NCBI GenBank assembly: GCA_030390025.1 | Contig: CM059427.1 | Coordinates: forward strand, 132,370,001-132,434,000 | Direction: 5' to 3' | Length of the DNA: 64,000 nt | From: Squalus acanthias | Lineage: Eukaryota | Shown: piece by piece, positions 51,021 to 62,405 of the stretch | Layout: every line of letters starts with the position of its first letter | How positions within the stretch are numbered: the first letter of the stretch is position 1 | Notes under the pieces: generated by a model | What the model saw: the letters and a program-made list of their open reading frames with translations, nothing else | Database searches by the model: none | Told to the model about the DNA's origin: nothing | Made by a program: the position numbers and the translations under genes

Positions 51021-51504
51021 TGTGTACTGCTTTAGGTTGTAAGGCTTTTGTTATTACTTTGATGCCTAGGTCAGTTTGTCATCTTTCCTGGTAGAATGAC
51101 TGAACTTGCGTGAAGGAGGAGGTAACAAGACTTGTGTGGGACATGAAATAGGCTTTGGGAGGGAGCATTATTATTGTGTTAAGAACTTCATTGACTTTCT
51201 ATAATGCTGAACTTGGTGTTGGGTGTGAGAGGAGGCATAGTTGTTGGATAAATAACTCGTAAATAGTTGTGCGACTCCCAAGTAAAGGGAGGAAAAGACT
51301 GGGTCCAATTTCTTTAACAGCACAAGCATCATGTTAAGTGATTTTACCCAACTTGAAAAATAGTAAATTTGTGTGTTTCTCTCGTGCAAAAAAACTCAAA
51401 AGTGCAGTTTCCATTCTGTACAGTGAGGCCAAATTTCCTTGGGATGGTAGTGCCCAGCAGCGCTGACTCTGCCAGAGTGCCCCTTGTTTTGGAAAAATAT
51501 ATAA

Positions 51505-51802
51505 TTTTTTATTTGTTCATGGGATATGACTTGTGCCTTGTAGATGGTGGAAAGGCTTTGGGGAGTCAGGAGGTGAGACACTCACCGCAGAATACCCAGC
51601 CTCTGACCTGCTCTTGAAGCCACAGTATTTATGTGACTGGTCCAGTTAAGTTTCTGGTCAATGGTGACCCCCAGGATGTTGATGGTGGAGGATTTAGTGA
51701 TGGTAATGCCATTGAATGTCAAGGGGCGGTAGTTCGACTCTCATTAAAGCTTTTAAGTCATTTAAGTAAAAATGGCGTGAATGTTACTATCAGCCCAAGC
51801 CT
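51505..51802 (-). mobile_element. Internally deleted copy of the same LINE, inverted relative to 50213
   Basis: 51528-51800 is the reverse complement of about 50215-50495. Confidence 0.8.
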
Positions 51803-52829
51803 GAGTGTCGTCCATATTAATAAACTCTCATTTCTTCGAGGGTTCAGGCAACTTCCCTGACTTGGACCTCAGCTGACGGGCCCATCTTGAGGCCGGTATT
51901 GCTCACACTGGCCATACCTTCATCCACACGTACGGCATGTCCCAGTGGCTCCACCCTCTTGGCAACATTTTCCTTGTAAAGGGCGGGTCTCGCCATTTTC
52001 CATTGTCTGGGGGAATCCTGCTGGTCTCCCTCCAGAATTATGTCAGAAGATCGGTGGATCCCCTGAGTAATTTAGGCGCAGTATTTTTGCCATCACCATT
52101 TAGAGGAAGAACCTTATTTTAGGTTATGGGGCCACTCCCCCATCTAAACGATTTTAAAAAACTGCTGTAGGACTCATATGTCCAGTCCTATTACATCTCA
52201 ATGGCAGTATTGCTGTAGAAAAGGAGCAGGCAGATCAGATGAGGGCTGAAACAGGCCAGTGAGGAAATCTGGTTTTGTTTTACCAATACGTAATACTAAG
52301 GAAGAGAGAGAAATGTGGAGAAGGGTATCGAAGGCAGGGTGATTTAGAGGGCCGTGTGTGTATGTTTATTCCTGATATGTTGTCTTAGTTGGTTTTGTAG
52401 TCTCGTGTTAAAATTGTATGCTCAGTCAGCCTTTCTTAGCATGTTTTCTTTGAGCTGTATAATGGTGCTTTAACAGAGTTGTCACTTTTGCAAGGTCAGA
52501 TGCTGAATCTAATGCAGAGGTGACCGGTCGTAATAGTTTTTCAGTGTTTACACTGGAGAAATAAAATTCAGTTAATGGCACTTAGTTCTTATCTGCATTA
52601 ATTATCTTAAATTATCCCTGCAGTTAGAGGTAGCTTTGTGTCCTTGGAATTGAGGTGCCTGAGGGAAATTTGTAATCCCACCCCCAGTTTTGTACTAATA
52701 AATAAGCAGTGTTTTGTAAACCAGGAGAAAAACTGAGAGAATAATAGGAGATAGTGGAGAGTCTCCTGATGAGAGTTTTCTGATGTTGACAGAAGAATAG
52801 TTGAGGACCTAGGAGGTGCTAGATGAAGC

Positions 52830-53815
52830 ATGGTACAGTACTTGGAGCCATAGAATACAAAAGCAAGGAGGCTGTTAAATTTGTACAACTTAATTAGTCT
52901 GCAGTTGGTATATACTGTTTTAGGTACAGCATTATGGGAAGAACGTAAAAGCAATGGAAAAGACATAGTGTAGATTCACCAGAATGTTACCAGGGATGAT
53001 GGGTTACACTTTTAAAGAGAAACTTGAGAAGTTGGGGCTTTTTTCACTGGAGCTAAGAAAGTTGATCAGTGACTTGATCGAGGTCTTCAAGATTACGAAG
53101 GGTAAATAGTGAAAGATTGTTTCCATTTGTCGGCAAGATAGTAACAATTTGGAATATATTTAAGACAATGGTAGCGTAGTGGTTATGTAATTTAGAAAGC
53201 TGGCCTAATAATCCAGAGAACGTGAGTTCAAGCCCCACCATGGCAATTTGAGAATAAAAAGCTAGTATCAGTAAAAATGACCATGCATCTGTTGGATTGT
53301 TGTAAAAACCCATTCTAAAGGAAGGAAACCTGCAGTCCTTACCCGTTTGGTCTATATGTGACTCCAGTTCCACACCAGCATGGTTGACTCTTAACTTCCC
53401 TTTGAAATGTCCTAGCAAGCCACTCAGTTGTATCCAAACCACTACAAATAAAGACTGCAGTGGTTCAGGAAGGAAGCCCGCCACCAGCTTCTCAGGGCAA
53501 CTAGAGAAAGGCAATAAATGCCAGCCTTGCCAGTGATGCCCACATCCTAAGAATGAATAATAAAAAAAGGAAGAGGAGGTTAGAGAAAATGTCTTTACAC
53601 AGAGGGCAGTTAAAATATGAAATTCTCTTCCGCAAACTGTTGTTGAAGCAGAGTCCATGTTTCAAGGGAATTCGATAGCTACTTGAAAAAGAGTAATATT
53701 ACAGAGTTTGGGGAATGAGCAGGAGGATGAGATTAGGTTAGGTGGCTCACGCAGAAAAGCACCTGTGCAGCCTTGATGGGCAGAATGGCCTGTTTCTGTG
53801 CTGTAACATTCTATC
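52830..53815 (+). mobile_element. Old CR1 3' fragment interrupted by a SINE
   Basis: RFTRMLPG and LEKLGLFSLE codons at 52970-53055; FTQRAV..NSLP at 53590-53640; ATGGGCAGAATGGCCTG hairpin. Confidence 0.65.
53170..53568 (+). mobile_element. tRNA-derived SINE sharing its 3' tail with the CR1/L2-group LINE
   Basis: A box TAGCGTAGTGG and B box GAGTTCAAGCC. Last about 115 bp match the LINE tail at 50905-51015. Confidence 0.75.
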
Positions 53816-54160
53816 AGCAGCGAATCATAGAAGCACAAAGAGTCCGACAAGCACCAGGTTGATAAAAGTACAGAACGGATGTAAGGCAGGCAGCGGGTAT
53901 ATGTTAACCTACAGTAGGATGTCAGCTGATCAGCACGCAGACTGCTGTCGAAGCGCGATGTAATGTGACAGGACAGCACCGAGTGGGAAAATCACGTACA
54001 GGATATGGGTTGAACATCTGGTAGGAGCTTGGGCCACGATGGAAGACCAGACAAGGCAGACGAGCAGCAGGGAGCATTGGCCAGTGCAAGACGTAGAGTG
54101 AAGCAAGCTTCTATATTCTAGGAGAACATAAGAGCTAAACATAGCATAAAAGAACAAAAG

Positions 54161-54325
54161 GGGGGTAGTTTTAATCTAACCAACTGGCAGGAAACTGACG
54201 AGATAGGATCTGAAGCCCGTTTTACTACCACCCGATTTTACTTTACACAATGGAAAGTAAAATTGGGCATGGTGTAAAACTGGCACCGTCAGTTTGCGCC
54301 AGTTGTGTTCAGTTAAAATTACCCC
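54161..54325. mobile_element. Short foldback MITE
   Basis: GGGGTAGTTTTAA / TTAAAATTACCCC termini; self-complementary interior centred near 54247. Confidence 0.65.
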
Positions 54326-55426
54326 TAATATCATTTAGCCGATCCAGTTCGGTCCTTCCACAAACCAGGTACCCCTGAGGAAAAGTTTGACATAGATATG
54401 TCCTGGATACATAAAAGTTATAAAGCCAAACTGTAGCATATTTATCCAAGACCACATCTCTTTCTGTGGTACAACTTTGGCCTACTGTCCTCGTATATCC
54501 CGCCATCCCATTAGCTGAGGAATTTATGTGTCTCATGGAGTATTGATTAATCTCATTCTCCACCTATCTACAACCTCTAATCCCATTCTCAACCAGATAT
54601 TTATGCAGCTCCTTTCTGAAGGAGTTGATCAACACAACGTGAACTGCTTTCAGTGTCTGGAAGACCTAGACCACGAATTTCCTTGGAGCTGCTCCTGCTC
54701 CGCTGCCGTAACTTCCCGGGAAATGAGGCGGAAACCCTGTTTGCGCATGCAAATGGGAGTTCCTCCACACTGCTAGCGGCATTACAGCAGCCGAGCGGGA
54801 GCAGCTGTGAGGAAATTCCCGGCCATGAGAAATGGAGTGGTTGCAATAAAATCACAAAAAAGGTGTAGTAAAGGAACTAGAAAATGAGCAGAGCCAGAAT
54901 ACTCAGCCAATAGCTGGTCTACCAACAAGCTACAGAAGGAACAGCATTGAGTTAAAGTAATGGTAGGGCGTTATTGAAAGAGAAGTTTGACTTGTTGATA
55001 TCAAAACAAATAGAGTAGCAGCTAGAACTGAGACCATTTCCAAATATTTAGACGCAATTGTATAATATTTAATGGCTTATTTTTACACTGCATGGTTGTT
55101 CTATTTAATGTAATCCAAACACAGCTAATATCGGTATTATTAATAAAGTTGCACCACTCTCATGGACCAACGCCTATTTATTTTATGTTTCAAAACAGAA
55201 TGTTAAAGGGGACTCAGAGTAGTCTGTCCTGAAACATTTTGATTAACCTTCCCAAGCTCGACTTGGTCTTAGACTTTGCCTTGAGTCATTAACATTCATA
55301 TTGGAATTGCTCCTACAGACATGCACCTCTAACTTAATTTTGCTGTTATGTTCTCTTTTTTTTCTGTGGTACAGCAGGTTAACTGTCTTAGGGTGCTACT
55401 GTATGGAAAATACAGCCATCAATACT

Positions 55427-55735
55427 GGGGCTAGTTCAGTCCCCTATTTTGTGTCCGGGTAGCTGTAAGAACAGTTAATGCAGATTTCAGAATTGGACTC
55501 GGCCGGCCCTGATTTTAACTCCAGGTGGATTCCCCACTCAGGCCTGAGTTAAAATTACTGTCGGGTCTCAATGATGTCATCGGGCCGCAACGTGCATATG
55601 TAAAGAAGGACCCTGTTGGCTCCGGGCGCGTGTTCTTGCTGCCTGCTCAGGAGAGCAGGTTAAAATTGCAGATGTTGCGATCATGGCGGTTTTCGGACAG
55701 GTTTCTGCTGAGCAAGTAGGGTTAAAATCACCCCC
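55427..55735. mobile_element. Degenerate Harbinger-type MITE
   Basis: GGGGCTAG start and TAGGGTTAAAATCACCCCC end; internal TTAAAAT/ATTTTAA motifs as in 41882. Confidence 0.5.
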
Positions 55736-56091
55736 AATCCTGATTTTCATTATGGAACAATTGGCAATTTAAAAAATTTTTTAAGTTAACCTTAAATAAA
55801 GAATTCTATAATTATGAATGAATATTTTCCTACACTCATAATTGCACAAACCTAAGACTTGCAAAAATCTTCATTTACATACAAAATAGTATTGAACAAC
55901 TGAAGCTGAAACAGAAAAACATTCCAGCAATGAGCAATAAACTAAATACACAAGTCAAAGGACTAATAGAGGTTTAGTACCATTTAGGTAAATAGTGTTG
56001 CTATTTTAGATCATTTTTGTGAGGTGGCCATTTATTTTCAGCAACATAATACATATTTAAGGTATTAATAATTTTGTATTTTTATTAACAG

Positions 56092-56170
56092 GAACAGCTT
56101 TAACTGTTGTAGTGTCTTTGATTCTCGTTGCTGTAGCATTACTGGGATTGGTGATGTATTTGAAGAAAAG
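56092..56170 (+). CDS. PARM1: PARM1-like protein exon 3 (transmembrane helix)
   Basis: Acceptor TTTTTATTAACAG; GTALTVVVSLILVAVALLGLVMYLKK; donor AAG|GTAGGT; 79 nt, phase 1 to 2. Confidence 0.9.
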
Positions 56171-56270
56171 GTAGGTTTATGCACTTTAATAAGGGCAGCA
56201 GAATAACGCTAACCAGAATCCGTAAGAGAATACCAATATGTCTATTTACTTATTTTTCTGGAAAGACGTT

Positions 56271-56454
56271 GGCCTAGAAATTCGTCTTGGGCAGTGGCAC
56301 AAAATGGGCGGTATCAGATCGACCGACCATTATACGCAGCGCTCGATATTCAGTTTCATTGACTGCAAGAACTGAATACCAGGCGTTACGTATAACGGGC
56401 AGCCAACCTGAAACCACCCGTGTTGCGCCACCGCCAGAGACACATTTCTAGGCC
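56271..56454. mobile_element. Foldback MITE (184 bp) 100 bp downstream of exon 3
   Basis: TIRs GGCCTAGAAAT / ATTTCTAGGCC; self-complementary interior. Confidence 0.75.
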
Positions 56455-57463
56455 TTTGTGCTTATTTAAGTGGGGAATGTCAATGCGGGAACACCTTTGG
56501 CACCCAGGACCTGTATCTAGCACTCCTGGATCAGTTATAGTGTGAGCCGTACTCTCCCTACACTGTCCTGTGAGGCAAACCCCAATGCAGGCAGATATTA
56601 GACAACTGGGATGGAGAATAAAAGTCTTTCTACTCTGCCTCAACCCCAGTCTCAAAAAAGCATCTGATTATACTACCGTGCATTCTTATATTTCCCACAT
56701 CAGCCACCCTTAGTCTGAGTAAAACTGCCTGTAACAAATTCTGGGCAGTTTCGTACGGTTGACTTGCGACTACTAGGAACTGGGTTGAGCTGCCTGAACT
56801 CGTTTAATGTAGAACTCTCGCAGCCGCCAATGAGAGGAGACCATCACGCCATTAATCTGGGTGAAATCCAAACCCAGTTCCCAAAAATGAAAGGATAATG
56901 ATAATAGCTTTTCTCACTGTAACTATATTGAATGATGATCAGCAGTTGATTGCCAGAAAATAATATACTGACAATGCACATCTTAGATGATTCCCATAAA
57001 TTGATTGTACTAATACTGTACATTTACTTGTCAATATTCCATTTTGTTTGGATCTCAGTATTGCTGTTTCTGCTTATTAATATCCTCTCCAGTATGTTTA
57101 AGCACTTTTATGTCTAGGCCAGGGGATTTTGAGCTATTTGCCTCCGTGGACTGCTTTGATGTCTCGGGGACTACAAATAAAGTTTAAATCTATGTTGCTA
57201 TTAATTTATATACATATATCTCAAGTTGCTAATACTAAGAGATCTTGGTGTTCTGATTTAAGATTTATTCACCAATAAGGCGACAGAGCTAAAAACAGTC
57301 CTTTCTAAATCTCCAGGCCCACAAATTTCAAACAACAAACCAACAATTAAGGAATATAAGCCTGATTGAGGGTTGTGTTTCCTGATTTTCAAGGACTGCA
57401 TTACCATTGCTCAGGGGCTGCAGTTTGAACATCCCGGCTCTATCCGTCCTAAGTAAAAATATT

Positions 57464-58200
57464 GGAGTTGAGCTTCCGCTCGGTTGTGCAGGTTTTTTTG
57501 GGGCAATTCACCCAAAATCGGCGGAACCCTGCAAAAGATCGCGGAATTTTAAGCGCAAATTATGTTCAGCGCAAATTGAGTTTCCACGATATTTTGCGCT
57601 AGTTTAAAAAACATTGCACTAGAAGCAGGCTCCGCCCACAAAACTGGCCACAACCCAGGACGAATTACTCACCAGTGGGAGTTTCCTCTAATTGCGCTCT
57701 TTTGCAGGCCTTCGAGGAGGCTCCAAAAATTAAGTTGGTTCTTTTGGGCACAAGGACACTACTAGGCACACTTTAAAAGATTTTGAATGTAATTTAAAAA
57801 AAAATACTGAGAAACTGACTACTGTACCCCAATATAACTAGCAAATTGTTCTGTATATTTTTGAAAAGTAATTTAGAATTGGGTTATTCACAGGTGGTGG
57901 ATTGACACTGTGATGAAAAAAAATGCTTATTTTTTGGGATAAACTCATTTTCAGCTGTATTAATCAAACTGCACCAAGTTACCACTCGTAAATATATCAA
58001 GGAATATTTTTTAAAGCAAATTTTTTTTAAATTATGTTCTAATACGCTGCCTGATTGTGCTGGTTCATGGCAGATTTTGCGTTCGCCGATATGCAAGTGA
58101 GTTTGAGAGGAAACTCAAGGAAAAAAACCACTTCTCAAAACGGGCGCAATTTTGGGTGCATTTTGTGGCCGGAATGCGCCCAAAGCAGAAGCTCTATCCC
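57464..58200. mobile_element. Harbinger-type MITE (737 bp)
   Basis: Imperfect TIRs GGAGTTGAGCTTCCGC / GCAGAAGCTCTATCCC; TSD ATT/AAT. Confidence 0.55.
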
Positions 58201-58254
58201 AATAGGCTGGGTAGTCCTGTAGAACAAAAAGTAAAGCTCCTAACTCCTAAATAA

Positions 58255-58395
58255 CTTTACCTGACGAAGGAGCAGCGCTCCGAAAGCTCGTGATTTCAAA
58301 ATGATTTCAAATAAAACTGTTGGACTATAACCTGGTGTTGTGCGACTTCTCATTTTTGTCCACCCCAGTCCAACACCGGCATCTCCGCATCATGG
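58255..58395 (+). mobile_element. 141-bp Penelope-derived mini-insert with 9-bp TSD
   Basis: TSD CCTAAATAA (58246-58254, 58396-58404); same family as 1641-1869. Confidence 0.8.
58257..58293 (+). ncRNA. Minimal type I hammerhead ribozyme motif, sense strand in PARM1-like intron 3
   Basis: TTAC-CTGACGA-A-GGAGC-AGC-GCTCC-GAAA-GCTC-GTGA; perfect 5-bp stem II; CUC triplet. Confidence 0.68.
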
Positions 58396-58944
58396 CCTAA
58401 ATAAAATGACAGCAGTGTCTAGACTTTGAGCTGCACGACATTGGAATCTACCTATAACTGGTGTACAAGCGAGTTTCACTTGTTCTTACCTGGGCTATCA
58501 GATAGAGCTCTTTGTTGTGGTTAGGACAATGCATTCTGTTTAGTGAGATTTGACCTAGATTACGTTTGATGGAAAATCCAGACGATAAAACATTTCCATT
58601 TCCTTCCTCCACCCATCAATTCTAGTTGAAACAACATTAAACCACAATTGTGACCCAATTAAACATCATTATTTTTGAATTAAAAAATTGAAAGATTATA
58701 GTTCCTGTTTTCCAAACAATTGAAACCAAGAACTATGACAGGCATTAGAAGACTGGGTTGAATCTGTTTTCGAGATTATATTCAGTGCTGGATGGCCAAT
58801 TTACATTCACTGATTTACACTGGTTCAATTTGAGCGTGCTGAGCTGAAGGTGATTTGTTGTTGCTAGTGAAATAAGAAAATGTGGACTCTCATTCCCATG
58901 GCCAGGAGCAGAAAATTAAAAGTCCTTTTTTGTTTTATTTGTAG

Positions 58945-59029
58945 GAGAGTGTTCTATAGCCGCCTACAGGAAGACAATCCAACTGGATCCTGGAGCAATT
59001 ACAACAACCCCGTGTTTGAAGATTCATGA
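58945..59029 (+). CDS. PARM1: PARM1-like protein exon 4 (cytoplasmic tail)
   Basis: Acceptor TTTTATTTGTAG; RRVFYSRLQEDNPTGSWSNYNNPVFEDS*, resembling the recalled human PARM1 C-terminus [24 protein letters not shown]. Confidence 0.92.
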
Positions 59030-59158
59030 CAATTTTTTTAAATTGTTAATTTTATTTACAATAGACATTAAGCCACAAATGTACCTAGCAAGGTATTTTC
59101 TCAAAAACGCCTTAAGTTCTGAATGCATTTCCTTTGGTTTGAAGGTGAAAAACAAAAA

Positions 59159-59296
59159 GGGGGTGAAATTAGTCTCGAGCGCTCGCAAAAATGGGCAATT
59201 GCGAATCAGCAGCCCGGTTTACACCCCACTTGATTTTCTTTTGCATTGGCTTCAGTTGCCCATTTTACATTATGGCCCAAGACCAATTTTACCCCC
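59159..59296. mobile_element. Foldback MITE in probable 3' UTR
   Basis: GGGGGTGAAATTAGTCT / AGACCAATTTTACCCCC; inner AAAATGGGCAA / TTGCCCATTTT. Confidence 0.7.
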
Positions 59297-60653
59297 AAGT
59301 ACTTTATACCTGTAATTTATTTTGTAATTCTCAGAATCAATTTGAGTGTTCTTCACAAAGTTTAAGTTAACAACATCAAGTGTACTTGACCAAGCTATCA
59401 AATTACAGTGGCAGATCCTGTTGTATAGCTGCAGCCTAAGCTGATGTTTTATATATGAATCCTGTAAGCTTGTTTTTTGCAAATGTAGGCTACATTCTCT
59501 CCAAATCTGCTTAAGCAGGATATTGGCTGTGCATAGTTGAAATGCACTTTACTTTTTGCTGATCTAGATAATTTTACAGTGTCAAGCTTCGCTTTTTTAA
59601 CTAGTCAATGTGGTTATTGTTACGCACACACAGCAAATTTAACTGATTCCAAACTAGCGTGTAGAGAAACAGTTACTGTTCCTAAGAGGAGTATGAAGCT
59701 TCAGTGTTTTAGTCCTCTACTAATGTTTTAAAAGAAAGAGCAACTTAGTGTGTTTGAAAGATAAAGGGTTGCTCTCCTGCTCCTCCCGGCCCGCAAGGAT
59801 TGCTCCCTGAGGCTGTGGCCGCCTCGTTGCAGCCACCGGGAATCCCGAGCCCCGGAATCCCTGGCCGCCTGCAGTTAAAGTAGAAGCCCCGGGCCTCATT
59901 ATAATACTTAAATTGCCAACCCGTCTCTTGGCAGCGGGTTGGCAGCCCGCCCCCATCCCCCGTCCCACCTGAGTGAAAGGTGAAAGTAGGCGGGTTGGGT
60001 TGGGGTTCAGATTTTTTCAGCTTTCACAAACCCCCCCCCCCCCAACGCCTCCACTCTTACCTCAGAAAATTCCGGCCAAACACTTTGTGACCAATATAGA
60101 GCAGGCCAACCTTGGATGCACAGTATTAATGCTAAAGTTTCACCAGATAAAGGAACTTTGATTTCAGGCAAACTTGACTTATTACTGATGCATGATTATA
60201 ACATCAGTCAAGTTACCATAGATGTAAAGACTGTAGAGTTGACCTAGAATAGTTAAAGTGGATTCCAAACTACTGCTACCTTTTATTAAGGACTTTAGCT
60301 TTATTCTATGAAAATACCTCAACTGAAAAGGATTATTAAGCTATACAGACTGTCAGGAATCAAGATGTATACATTTTAATTATAGATTTATACAGAAAAG
60401 AGAAACATGATAGTGCTTCTTAAAGATATGTCAGATAATCATAACCTATCCTACTTTCTTTACATTGCTTCTCTAATATACAGCAGGTATTGATGAGGTG
60501 TTTGTAGTGTGAAAAATGACAAATATATTTATGATGTGGTGACTGGGTTCAATGCTTGGCTTAGAATTTTTAAGGAAAGTCTGTCAGATATATGTTTAAA
60601 TGTGTTATGAAATAATATGCTTGTAAAGTGGCATTTTTTTGAGGCTTTTGTCC

Positions 60654-61223
60654 AATAAACATTTAAATGTAATCATTTTTATATGTTATCAATAATTTAG
60701 ATGTGATCATATTACCAATTATCCTGAGTATTACTGCAAGTATCATGGGTACACTGAAGAATATTGGGCTACATTTGCTTCAGCAAAATAGCGCAAATAC
60801 ATTTTGAATGTTTGTGCTGTAACAGTGTTGGCATCAACCACAGGTTCCAATGTTTTCTTCCTACACTTGCCAGCAAAGAGTGGAAGAAGAGCGGTCCCCC
60901 TTTGTGCTCGGGTGTCCAAAAATTCTCAACTGAGCCTTGGTGTGTGTCACATCAGCTGGCGAGACGAGAGTTCAGCAGAAAAATCTATTTGTTCTTCTAT
61001 ATTTTATGAAAAGATAGGAACAGAATAGATTTTGCTTCCTAGTGTAAACACAAGCAGTTTGCCCATCGTGCGTACATTATCCTTTATGTACTGACTTTTT
61101 CTGGCATTTTACAGGCGATCAGGTTATGTCATTTTCCAACAAGAATATAGTTATAGTTTTCAATGATGAATTATTTGTCAATAAAATTATGAACCGTAAA
61201 ATTATAAAGGGAATGACAATAAA
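60654..61223 (+). terminator. Candidate polyadenylation signals of the PARM1-like mRNA
   Basis: AATAAA at 60654, 61180 and 61218 in AT-rich sequence after the stop codon, with GT/T-rich sequence downstream at about 61280. Confidence 0.4.
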
Positions 61224-62244
61224 GAATACTGCTCATATTGTTCAACATTAACATATGAACCTTATTTATTTATTAAAAATATTGTTGTTGTACTTAGTGT
61301 TTAATGTACTTTTTCAATAAGAAACCAAAAATTCCAAATTCCCCCCCCCCCCCCCCCCCCCTTTTTTGGCCCCAAAATGAGTATTCAGATTGGTCCAGGC
61401 CTCTGCTTGTCTCTGTAACCACAAGAGATGCACAAAAGTGATTGACTATGATTGACTCATCCTCCGATTGATGGTGACTTGACTGAGATCAGGTCCTCAT
61501 TGGGGCCATTAATACGGCCTGTGCACTGTGCTGGTACTGACGCAGTTCAGGCACTCCTTGCAGGAATGAGCTGATCTCACCGGGTAACACAAGGTCAGCT
61601 CATTTGAATACTTTTCTTGCAGTCTGGGTGCATCACGCATGATGCGGCAGTGGAGATGGCTGGAATTGTGCACACCAGCAGTCAGTCAAGGGCTGCTGGC
61701 TGATTGTAGAGCACCAGTGGCATTTTCTGCTGTGGGGGTAGCAGTGGCACAGGAGAGGAGGCACTGGGCTGGGGTGACAAAGGGCCTGGGGCCTTCAATT
61801 TTTTTTTTTTAAATTGAGGCCTCCCTTCACTACCTGTTCCAAATGGCCACTATGCAACTGGGGCGATGCTCAGGCACTCCAGTGGCATTATAGGCAGGCA
61901 AGCTAATTCAATTTCCTCTTGGTGCCTTGGTGAGACTTCTGTACAGTTTGTATCACAGGCTTCCAATGTTGTTCATGCTGGTTGGCCATATTGTGGTGTA
62001 TTAGAGTTTTTATAGACTGGTACACACCAAATATTTTAGAGAGACATTCTCTTCATGAAATTATATTTAATAAACCTTTTTTGTTTGAGGATGGAGGAGA
62101 ACCAGAACAACACTGATGACATCATGCACAAAAGATGCCACAATTCACTTTAACATAATTTACATCATCATATTAAGTATTTTTAAACAAAAGCAAAATT
62201 CTCACCAATACTTTTTCATGAAGTGAATCATTATGAATATATAA

Positions 62245-62405
62245 ATAACTTTCAAAAGTGAATTGGATAAATACTTGAAGGGGAAACATTTGCAATGCTA
62301 TGGGAAAAAAACAGGGAAGTAGGACTAATTAGAGAGCTCTTTCAAAGAGCCGGCACAGGCATGATTGGCACAAATGGCCTCCTGTGCTATATCATTCTAT
62401 GATAA
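62245..62405 (+). mobile_element. CR1 3' tail (followed by an L2-like fragment to about 62530)
   Basis: Reverse complement of the 7700-7870 tail (GCTCTTTCAAAGAGCCGGCACAG). Confidence 0.7.

Noticed and set aside
53053-53658. 201-aa minus-strand ORF
   Set aside because: Antisense read-through of a SINE and CR1 fragments.
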